A stretch of DNA of 28,001 nt from a virus (taxonomy: Duplodnaviria; Caudoviricetes). The stretch covers positions 1-28,001 of the IMG/VR virus record IMGVR_UViG_3300025732_000209. One strand, given 5' to 3'. The notes under the pieces were generated by a model that had not been told where the DNA came from, ran no database searches, and saw only the letters and a program-made list of their open reading frames with translations. The translations under genes and the position numbers were made by a program. This document shows, one piece after another, positions 6,100 to 13,681 of this stretch. Position 1 is the first letter of the stretch. Every line of letters begins with the position of its first letter.

Positions 6100-9000
6100 T
6101 TATATCCTCCAATATTACTGTACCGTCTTTAGTTTTACCTAATTCAAACTTATATGCATGGCCTTCTTCAATCTTCATGTATGCTTTGGCAAATGCAGTA
6201 GGAAATACTGTTACTGGATGAAGTTCTCTAGATGTATCTGCTAGAGTCAGCGATGCCATCTTCTTTCCTGCTTTCGTTATCCTAGGTTTAAAGGATACCA
6301 CAAACAACTCATCATCCTTGTAAGGCAACATTCTATAATTTAAAAACTTAATCAATGCAGCATCTGAATTTTTTATCTCGTCCACAGGAACAGCACTGAC
6401 AATTCTATTATCAGAACAGAGTGCAATATAACTTCGTCCAGCCTCAATCGTAGTTTGCTCTTCATCAAATACACCAATACTTCCTGTCTTATCTAAGATT
6501 TCAACACGAGACCAACCCTTACCACGCTTAATACCTTTAACCATTCCCATAAGAATGAATGATCCCTTTTCTTCAAAGTCTTCTACAGGATTTATAAATG
6601 CGTGATAATGTGATGGAACTGTTTGTGTAAATTCTGGTAAACCTAAATACTCATAAAGATTTTCTCTTAATTCATCATCATTTCTTGGATTATCTGGGAA
6701 TGTTGCAGCACCAATAATTCTTAGGGCTTCAAGTGCTCTGCTGTTGACTCCATTACCTTTCGTAAATGTAAAGGCTTTAACTTCCTCGAAAGACTTAAAA
6801 GGTCGTGCCGATATATATCGTTCTGCAATCTTATCAGAGATAAACTTGATCCCCGAGAGTCCAAACCGAATACCCTTACCCTCAATTTTAAAATCAATAT
6901 CCGAATCGTTAATGTGAGGTAGTTTAATGCTAATCCCCATTCTTTTCGCTTCAATAAGATATTCAGTTCGTGCATCCTTGTCCCTTTCATTTTTTAGCAA
7001 TGAGTACATAAACTCAATTGGATAATAATACTTTAGCCATGCCGTCCAATACGAGAGCGTAGAATAAGCAACCGCATGAGACTTGTTGAACGAATAACCC
7101 GCATGCGCTTCAAAGTCATGCCATAAATCACGAGCCTGATTAGGACTAACAAACTTAGAAGCACCATCAACGAACCTATCACGAAACGCATCAAACTCTC
7201 TAGCATCCTTCTTTTTACCAATGATCTTACGAACCTTGTCGGCCTCAGACCATGACATTCCTCCTAGTTGAACACAGGCTTGCATAACCTGTTCTTGATA
7301 TAGGATACACCCATATGTTTCTTCTGTAAAAGGCTTCATAGTTTGATGAAGGTAGTTTACTGCCTGTCTGCCGTGCTTACGCTCAATATAATCTTTACCG
7401 ATAGTGTTCATGGCACCTGGACGAACAAGAGCATTTGATGCTGAAAGTTCTGCTAGATTTTTTACACCCATCTTTACAAGAAGGTTTGTATATGGTGTTG
7501 CTTCACATTGGAAGACGCCCTTTGTGTACCCTTCAGATAACATCTGATAAACCTTTTGATCTTCCATGTCTATGTCTAAAAGATTAATATCAGTACCTTC
7601 TCGTTCCTTAATAATCTTTAATGTATCATTAATAACGCTTAAGGTTTTAAGACCAAGTGCATCGATTTTGATGAGTCCGATTTTTTCAGCCTCTTCCATG
7701 TCAACCGCCACAACTGGTATGCGATCATCGCTACCAGGAGAATTGCGTGTTTCCATCGGTGCGTACCTAAAAATAGGATTTTTACTAGTGACAACACCAG
7801 CAGCGTGAATGCCAGTACCCCTAATACGACCACGAAGTTGTTCTCCATATTGTTCCACCTCTGGATATTTTTCTCTAAACCAAGCAGTAGTTTTTGATGA
7901 ACAATATTCATCCCAAGTGTCTACTAACTTTAAAACTTTATTGACATCTACTAATGGTATGTTTAATGCACGAGCAACATCTCTTACAACACCCTTATCT
8001 TTAAATTCTAAGAATGTAGCAATAGATGCAACATGCTTATATTGTCTAACAAGATAATCTTTTACTTCATCACGACGAGAATCTTGAATATCAGTATCAA
8101 TATCTGGGAAGTCATTACGCTCTGGATTAATAAAACGAAAAAACAATAGGCCATGTTTTAATGGATCAATATCAGTAATACCCAGTGCGTAACACAATAA
8201 AGAACCAGCAGATGATCCACGACCTGGACCAACCATGATGCCTTCTTTTTTAGCCCATGAAATCATGCTTTGAACAACAAGGAAGTAAGGTCCAAAGTTT
8301 TTATCTTTAATAACCTTTAGTTCTTCCTCAAGTCTATCAAGATATTCTTGATTAGTATCAAGACCCTTATCCTTTAAGCCCTCCATAGCAAGTTCTTTTA
8401 ATTGCTTATCTGGATTTTTATATTGAACTGGCAATAGGTTTAGTCCATCTTGTATATCATAGTCTTCAATCTTATTGGCAAGGTCGATTGTATTTTCATA
8501 AATATCAGTTCTCCATACCGCCTGCTTTTCCATAGCCTCTTTGATTTCCTCATATGACAGTAGATGGATATCAAACTTATTAAATGACATCTGTCTGTCT
8601 GCACCATATAAGTAATCTAGTCGCTTCATTAAATCGCCTTGCTTTTTAGATTTTTCATATGTAGCATCTTTTTGAATCTTATTAGAATAAGTATTAAGAA
8701 TTAACTTTAACTCTTGAATCTCTTTTTGTGATTTATCAACATGATGACAGTCTGGAGTTACAATTGGCTTAATCTTAAATTCATCTGCTAACTGTAGAAT
8801 TGTTCTGTTAATTGATTCATCGTTATGTGGCATAACCTCAAGATAATAATCATCACCAAATTCTTCTTTAAACCATTTAATATATTTCTTTGCCATTCCA
8901 AGTTCGCCAAGTTCGATTGACTTAGCAACAATTCCACTTGGACAGGCAGAAGACACAATAATGCCTTCCTTATATTTAGACAAAACTTCAAAATCTATTC

Positions 9001-9367
9001 TTGGCTTCTTATAATAACCTTCTGTCCAAGCAATTTCGTTTAGTTTATTTAAATTTTCTAAGCCTACCTTGTTCTTGGCTAGAAGGATTATATGGTTATA
9101 AACCATATCTAATTGATCGGTTCGTTCGCCTTTATCTCTTTGATCAAAGCGATCTTCACACATATAACCTTCTATGCCAAGAATAGGCTTTATACCACTT
9201 GCTTTAGCAATACGATACATTTCTCTGTGGCCAGAAAGGGAGCCATGGTCTGTAATTGATACTGCAGGCATACCCAACTTTATAGCACGGTCAACATATT
9301 CTGATGGCAACCCAATACCATCGAATAGTGAAAAGTGGGTATGTAAATGAAGTGGTACGTAGTTCAT
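6089..9367 (-). CDS. dnaE: DNA polymerase III alpha subunit (family C)
   Basis: PHP domain (HLHT..DG, TDHG), GPGRGSSAGSL, catalytic PDIDTD and KIDALGL, GVFQ, YQEQ, YSFNKSHA; no intein-sized insertion seen. Confidence 0.98.
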   Translation of the reverse strand: MNYVPLHLHTHFSLFDGIGLPSEYVDRAIKLGMPAVSITDHGSLSGHREMYRIAKASGIKPILGIEGYMCEDRFDQRDKGERTDQLDMVYNHIILLAKNKVGLENLNKLNEIAWTEGYYKKPRIDFEVLSKYKEGIIVSSACPSGIVAKSIELGELGMAKKYIKWFKEEFGDDYYLEVMPHNDESINRTILQLADEFKIKPIVTPDCHHVDKSQKEIQELKLILNTYSNKIQKDATYEKSKKQGDLMKRLDYLYGADRQMSFNKFDIHLLSYEEIKEAMEKQAVWRTDIYENTIDLANKIEDYDIQDGLNLLPVQYKNPDKQLKELAMEGLKDKGLDTNQEYLDRLEEELKVIKDKNFGPYFLVVQSMISWAKKEGIMVGPGRGSSAGSLLCYALGITDIDPLKHGLLFFRFINPERNDFPDIDTDIQDSRRDEVKDYLVRQYKHVASIATFLEFKDKGVVRDVARALNIPLVDVNKVLKLVDTWDEYCSSKTTAWFREKYPEVEQYGEQLRGRIRGTGIHAAGVVTSKNPIFRYAPMETRNSPGSDDRIPVVAVDMEEAEKIGLIKIDALGLKTLSVINDTLKIIKEREGTDINLLDIDMEDQKVYQMLSEGYTKGVFQCEATPYTNLLVKMGVKNLAELSASNALVRPGAMNTIGKDYIERKHGRQAVNYLHQTMKPFTEETYGCILYQEQVMQACVQLGGMSWSEADKVRKIIGKKKDAREFDAFRDRFVDGASKFVSPNQARDLWHDFEAHAGYSFNKSHAVAYSTLSYWTAWLKYYYPIEFMYSLLKNERDKDARTEYLIEAKRMGISIKLPHINDSDIDFKIEGKGIRFGLSGIKFISDKIAERYISARPFKSFEEVKAFTFTKGNGVNSRALEALRIIGAATFPDNPRNDDELRENLYEYLGLPEFTQTVPSHYHAFINPVEDFEEKGSFILMGMVKGIKRGKGWSRVEILDKTGSIGVFDEEQTTIEAGRSYIALCSDNRIVSAVPVDEIKNSDAALIKFLNYRMLPYKDDELFVVSFKPRITKAGKKMASLTLADTSRELHPVTVFPTAFAKAYMKIEEGHAYKFELGKTKDGTVILEDINVS

Positions 9368-9370
9368 CTA

Positions 9371-10033
9371 CTACCAGTCGATGTTCGTCGCTGATGTAGA
9401 TGAAGGCGAATCAAATCCTAGATAGAATGCTTCTTGTTCCGCATATGGAACACGACGCAATGCCTTCTCTAGTGGATATGGTTCAATGCCTTCCCAGTTA
9501 AAAGGCTCCTTATCTGGAGCAGAAGGAATCAAAGTGTATGATGTTTCAGTTCCCTGACCATTACGCTTTAACTTCCAAACAATGTTTGAGATGCTTCCTG
9601 TTTCAAGTGCATACTCACGAATAGTATTAAATGCAGATTGCTTGCTTACTCCCATAGACCAAATTGCAACATAGGGCTTTTCCTCAATGCCGTCGTCTAC
9701 AAGAACATTACAGTAAAAACGAAGACGACCACGCCATCCGCTATTACCCTTTGGATCCTTACGATACATCTCTTCAGCCCAGTCACGACCTTCTGTATCA
9801 AGTGTATCTACAGCCTTACGCTTGTAGTCCTTTGGATTTGTATGTTCTTTAACAACAAGAGCAAGGCCACGCTTCTCGTTATAATTTGCTGAGTCCTCAT
9901 CCAATTCTTCAATGAATCGAATCTTTACTGCTTGTCCATCAGCCAACTTTAGCCAACGAACCTTTGGACCTGTTTCATCTGTTTTCTTGTCGAGCAGGGC
10001 ATTGATGTTTTTTAATCCCTTAATAACGCTCAT
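9371..10033 (-). CDS. Single-stranded DNA-binding protein, T4 gp32-like
   Basis: KIRF..H, RFYCNVLV, KLKRNGQGTETSY pattern; Ser/Thr-rich tail ending IDW; strong SD AAAGGAGA and own promoter; lies between primase and polymerase. Confidence 0.78.
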   Translation of the reverse strand: MSVIKGLKNINALLDKKTDETGPKVRWLKLADGQAVKIRFIEELDEDSANYNEKRGLALVVKEHTNPKDYKRKAVDTLDTEGRDWAEEMYRKDPKGNSGWRGRLRFYCNVLVDDGIEEKPYVAIWSMGVSKQSAFNTIREYALETGSISNIVWKLKRNGQGTETSYTLIPSAPDKEPFNWEGIEPYPLEKALRRVPYAEQEAFYLGFDSPSSTSATNIDW

Positions 10034-10053
10034 AGTTTTCTCCTTTGTTTTCT

Positions 10054-10998
10054 CTAGTTTAGCATAGACAGTATTGATTTGTCAAATTGGTATTCCAATT
10101 CTTTTATTGACTTATCGTCCATATCGCCTATATCTTTATATTGTTTATCTAAGTTAATTACGGTAACACTCCCACTTAATCTTTCGACTATCTTTTCTTT
10201 CATGTTACCGCCTGCCTCATCGTTATCAGCAATAATAATTATATCACTAAAGTACCTTTGAAGCAAATCTATTTGTTTGGATGATACATTTGCACCCAAT
10301 GTAGCGACTGCTGGAAAACCAACCTGATCTAATCTAATGGCATCAAATGATGATTCCACTACATAAACCTTAGATGCAGTTTTAACTCTATTTAAATTAA
10401 ATAATAATTTAGATTTGGGTAGTTTGGTCGTATTCTTAAATTCTTTACCTTCAACTGATCTTGCTACAAAGCCAACACATAAACCTTCATGGTTATATAC
10501 TGGTATTGATATCATGTCCTGATTTTCAGAGTAACCAAGTTTGAATTTAATTACAGAATCTTTAGTAATCTTTCTTCTAATAAAATAATCTTTTGCTCTT
10601 TCAGAAACTAGTGCTTGTTCGTGCAATCTATCTACAACAGAAATATCAAACTCTGTCCACTCTTCTTTTTCAACTAACTTATAATTTACCTCAGATAAAA
10701 TATCTGTTTCAACCTCTTTACTCTTAATAAATCTAACAGCCTCAAAATATGTTCTATTAGAAAAATGCATTACAAGTTCTACTAAGTCTGCCGTCTTGCT
10801 GCAAGAAAAACAAAAAAACAATCCACTAAACTTATTTATTTCTCCAGCAGGTGTTCTATGGTTTGAGTGAAACGGACAAAATACTATGTACTCAGACTCT
10901 GCTTCTTTTTCTACAGTTATGCCAGATCCTGCGAGTACTCTTTTAACTTGGCTGGTTGTGTATACACTGGCTTCACTCCGTCTATTCCTAGTATCCAT
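10054..10998 (-). CDS. dnaG: DNA primase (CHC2 zinc finger plus TOPRIM)
   Basis: CPFH..FCFSC, VYVVESSFDA, IADNDEAG, KDIGD; ends right after TOPRIM. Confidence 0.93.
   Translation of the reverse strand: MDTRNRRSEASVYTTSQVKRVLAGSGITVEKEAESEYIVFCPFHSNHRTPAGEINKFSGLFFCFSCSKTADLVELVMHFSNRTYFEAVRFIKSKEVETDILSEVNYKLVEKEEWTEFDISVVDRLHEQALVSERAKDYFIRRKITKDSVIKFKLGYSENQDMISIPVYNHEGLCVGFVARSVEGKEFKNTTKLPKSKLLFNLNRVKTASKVYVVESSFDAIRLDQVGFPAVATLGANVSSKQIDLLQRYFSDIIIIADNDEAGGNMKEKIVERLSGSVTVINLDKQYKDIGDMDDKSIKELEYQFDKSILSMLN
10056..10085 (-). promoter_or_regulatory. Housekeeping-sigma-type promoter for ssb-dnaE-recA
   Basis: TTGACA (10085-10080), 18 nt spacer ending TGC, TAAACT (10061-10056), then SD and ATG 10033. 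Confidence 0.7.
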
Positions 10999-11243
10999 TC
11001 TGCTTTCTTTCTCCCAATATATATTCCGTATACGCTTAATGTAAATTCAAAGTAATTTTTGTTTTCATTATATGATAGTGTAAATTGTGGATCGATGTCA
11101 AATTTTGGAACATACCCAGATAGTCGCATTTCTGATACCAATAGTCTGATATATTCTTGCTGTAATCTGTATATTGCAGAGTCATCATTGATGACCCCAT
11201 TTAAACCAAACCTTTTTATGGGTTTGTGCTGATATGTCTCCAT
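10917..11243 (-). CDS. Hypothetical protein between helicase and primase
   Basis: 108 aa ORF filling the dnaB-dnaG gap; protein-like alpha/beta pattern. Confidence 0.75.
   Translation of the reverse strand: METYQHKPIKRFGLNGVINDDSAIYRLQQEYIRLLVSEMRLSGYVPKFDIDPQFTLSYNENKNYFEFTLSVYGIYIGRKKAEWILGIDGVKPVYTQPAKLKEYSQDLA
11072..11101 (-). promoter_or_regulatory. Candidate promoter upstream of primase
   Basis: TTGACA (11101-11096), 18 nt, TATCAT (11077-11072). Confidence 0.4.
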
Positions 11244-11250
11244 ACCGCAT

Positions 11251-11256
11251 ATTATA
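11251..11256 (-). promoter_or_regulatory. -10 box, possible leaderless start
   Basis: TATAAT 7 nt before ATG 11243 with no SD; overlaps the dnaB stop codon. Confidence 0.4.
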
Positions 11257-12478
11257 CTGTCTTATCTTCATAATCCTTATATCTGTAATATCCCTTGTCA
11301 AAATCAGCCTGAACTAAGAATTCTCCCATAAAACCATTACGGTTCTTTCTAAATACGCATTCAATAATGTCACTATTTGTACCTCGCCCAAGTGCCAAAA
11401 CCCAGTCAGCATCGTAAGCAATCTGCCTTGACCATGCTGTTTGACCAAGAGTTGGCACGGTTTCAAGTTTGGTTACATCGTCAGGAGTAGCAGAAGAGAT
11501 AGCAATAATAGGAACCTCTTCTGAAATAGCCATCAACTTTAATTCACGAGAAAGATTCTTCATGCGAACAGTTTCATTATCTGACTTTTGATTTGGACTC
11601 ATGAGTTGCAAATAGTCTACAATAACAAAGTCTGGTTTATATTGATCAATCTTTCCACGAAGAACTAATGGATTAATATCTCCACCAGTGTCGTTTGAAA
11701 TAATATGAAACTCTGGTCTACCCTGAACATATTTAGTGTGCCAGGACTTTAACATGTCCATCTCAACTTCACCAGCACTTAATTTACGATGTGACCAAAC
11801 TCCCTCCCCCATAATTGCAAATACACGATTTCTAACTTCAACCTCAGACATTTCAAGACTTATGATCATTGGGCTACGACCCTGTTTCCAAGCCTGTACA
11901 GCGAAATAGAGAGATAGCCAAGACTTTCCTATACCTGGATATGCAAGAAAGACTCCTAACTGCCCTGGCATGATTCCAGAAGGTAGGTAGTTGTCAAATC
12001 CTGGAAGACCTGTTTTAATTCCTATAGCGCCAGCCTCTTGTTGCTTCTTTAGGTTTTCAAAATATGCAACTGCTGAATCTAAATCAGTAACATCAATATC
12101 ACGAATGGCTGCAGTATTTTTTCTAAGTTCTGCTGTTTTTGTAATTAATATTTCTAATGCCTCAACACCAAGACCGCCTTGCACATCTGTCGCAGCAGAT
12201 CTAATAATATCCTTTAAACTATTTGTAAGATACTCTGCCTGTAATTCTTCAAGATGGTGTTTTGTTGACCCAACCCCATTAATAGGTTCAAAGTCTCTAA
12301 ACTTTTCAACTACTAACTCTGATGGAGGTACTGTTCCATTATGCTCATAATACTTTCTTATAAACTGCCAGACATCCACATGAGTGCTGAGTATGCTTTC
12401 CACATTGGCCTGTAATAATACATGAGCCTGCTTATCTTTTAATACGGCTGAGATTAACTTTGATTCTGTATTATTCAC
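11252..12478 (-). CDS. dnaB: DnaB-like replicative helicase (SF4)
   Basis: IKTG..FD, Walker A AYPGIGKS, SLEMS, VDYLQL, SRELKLMA, DAD, KNRNG. Confidence 0.95.
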   Translation of the reverse strand: MNNTESKLISAVLKDKQAHVLLQANVESILSTHVDVWQFIRKYYEHNGTVPPSELVVEKFRDFEPINGVGSTKHHLEELQAEYLTNSLKDIIRSAATDVQGGLGVEALEILITKTAELRKNTAAIRDIDVTDLDSAVAYFENLKKQQEAGAIGIKTGLPGFDNYLPSGIMPGQLGVFLAYPGIGKSWLSLYFAVQAWKQGRSPMIISLEMSEVEVRNRVFAIMGEGVWSHRKLSAGEVEMDMLKSWHTKYVQGRPEFHIISNDTGGDINPLVLRGKIDQYKPDFVIVDYLQLMSPNQKSDNETVRMKNLSRELKLMAISEEVPIIAISSATPDDVTKLETVPTLGQTAWSRQIAYDADWVLALGRGTNSDIIECVFRKNRNGFMGEFLVQADFDKGYYRYKDYEDKTV

Positions 12479-12779
12479 TCAACCACTCCTTAGCCATCTT
12501 TCTACGCTCTTCTCGTTCCTTTAAATCCTTGTTCTGCTGTTCTTTTGCTTCTAGTATATCATCTGCCATATATGCAAAATTATTCCAGGACGGACTTTCG
12601 CTAACTTCAAAATAATATTCTAGTAAGTCATAGCAAACTTCTAGTCCATAAGATTCTATTAAGGCATCGGCAGACCATTGCTCAACCCACTTGTTATAGC
12701 GTGGCTCTTGTCCCAGTTTAAACTTATAGTGTTTGTCAAACCTACTCAACAGAGCAAAACGCTTCTGTTTATTAGTCAC
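12471..12779 (-). CDS. Hypothetical helical protein, possible helicase loader/initiator
   Basis: GTG start, 102 aa, overlaps the dnaB start; function inferred from position only. Confidence 0.7.
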   Translation of the reverse strand: MTNKQKRFALLSRFDKHYKFKLGQEPRYNKWVEQWSADALIESYGLEVCYDLLEYYFEVSESPSWNNFAYMADDILEAKEQQNKDLKEREERRKMAKEWLSE

Positions 12780-12780
12780 A

Positions 12781-12987
12781 CTATTCGCTTTCAGATAGTT
12801 CTAACTTTGCCTCTGATATTTTTGTTGTTAATTTATCTTCAACAAACTTATAGACACGCTCAAAAGCCTGATCCGTATTTTCACCATCACGCTTTGAATC
12901 TATTACACCTAGATCTAGTCTAAGTGATTGAAAATTTCCAAGATTTAATGTGTACCCCAGCGTTACTGATACTTTTGTTTCTTCCAT
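12781..12987 (-). CDS. Hypothetical protein (68 aa)
   Basis: Start placed at ATG 12987 (MEETKVSVTLGYTLNLGNFQSLR) behind SD-like AGAAGGG. Confidence 0.75.
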   Translation of the reverse strand: MEETKVSVTLGYTLNLGNFQSLRLDLGVIDSKRDGENTDQAFERVYKFVEDKLTTKISEAKLELSESE

Positions 12988-13001
12988 TTCATACCCTTCT
13001 G

Positions 13002-13544
13002 TTATATTGATTCTGACCAAATTGGTATAAACCTACCATCTTCAGTCTTCGTATATGTCAGTATACCATCTCCCATTCTTCGTGTCAACTCAGCCTTTGT
13101 GGGAGTAATATCATTTGTTATTAAATTATCTTTTCTTGGTCTACCAATATGATATGTAGAAAGTATATCACGAATCTGATGAACTGTCGATTCTGAATAA
13201 TATGACCTTATTTGCCATCCACGCTTTCCACCTTTTTGACACCCAACTGGTTCTGGGATAATTCCCTTTTTAATAAGAGATGGCATATATTTTTTATGCC
13301 TATTCATTAGTTGTGCTGTTTCAGAAATAGTATACGCTCTTTGTCTTTTTGTTTTAAAATCAGAAATTAAACAACTTTGTAATAAATCTTTTGTTATATT
13401 ATAAATAGACATAATCCCACTTGATCTGTTATAATGATGCACTCTAACTAAATCACCATTTAAAAACCAGATTTTTTTACTTCCAGTTATTACAGGAGCG
13501 AGATTGTATTCTTCGCTCTTATTTTTTCTACCGCTAGTAACCAT
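13002..13544 (-). CDS. MerR-like HTH DNA-binding protein
   Basis: YTISETAQLMNRHKKYMPSLIKKGIIPEP..YYSESTV matches the MerR/excisionase winged-HTH pattern; SD GAGGG. Confidence 0.75.
   Translation of the reverse strand: MVTSGRKNKSEEYNLAPVITGSKKIWFLNGDLVRVHHYNRSSGIMSIYNITKDLLQSCLISDFKTKRQRAYTISETAQLMNRHKKYMPSLIKKGIIPEPVGCQKGGKRGWQIRSYYSESTVHQIRDILSTYHIGRPRKDNLITNDITPTKAELTRRMGDGILTYTKTEDGRFIPIWSESI
13060..13088 (-). promoter_or_regulatory. Near-consensus promoter at the head of the replication module
   Basis: TTGACA (13088-13083), 17 nt spacer ending TGG, TATACT (13065-13060), inside the 3' end of the HTH gene. Confidence 0.7.
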
Positions 13545-13681
13545 TTTCCCTCAACTGAGTTTTCTGGTGGATGATAAAAAACTCTTGTTCCACAATGTAA
13601 ACAATATGTCTCAATATGTGATATAGAATTATAAACTCTATCAACAAACATTTTTCTTTTACATTTCTTGCATGGTATCAT
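13490..13681 (-). CDS. Small zinc-ribbon protein
   Basis: CKKC..CLHCG; TAATG coupling with the upstream gene. Confidence 0.75.
   Translation of the reverse strand: MIPCKKCKRKMFVDRVYNSISHIETYCLHCGTRVFYHPPENSVEGKWLLAVEKIRAKNTISLL

Noticed and set aside
7247-7265. Perfect AGGAGG inside dnaE
   Set aside because: Explained by Gly-Gly codons; the in-frame ATG is 1 nt away and the well-spaced ATG opens only Met-Val-stop.
8575-8600. QMSF as a beta-clamp-binding motif
   Set aside because: It falls in the PHP-domain loop where DnaE proteins normally have R-x-x-F before YLKS, not at the clamp-binding position.
8788-8991. Further +1-frame ORF in the dnaE PHP region
   Set aside because: TTG start without a clear SD, no NCG excess and no clean hydrophobic helix; consistent with chance.
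6089-12478. Inteins or introns in dnaE or dnaB
   Set aside because: ORFs are continuous, of ordinary length, with no splice-junction or homing endonuclease motifs seen.
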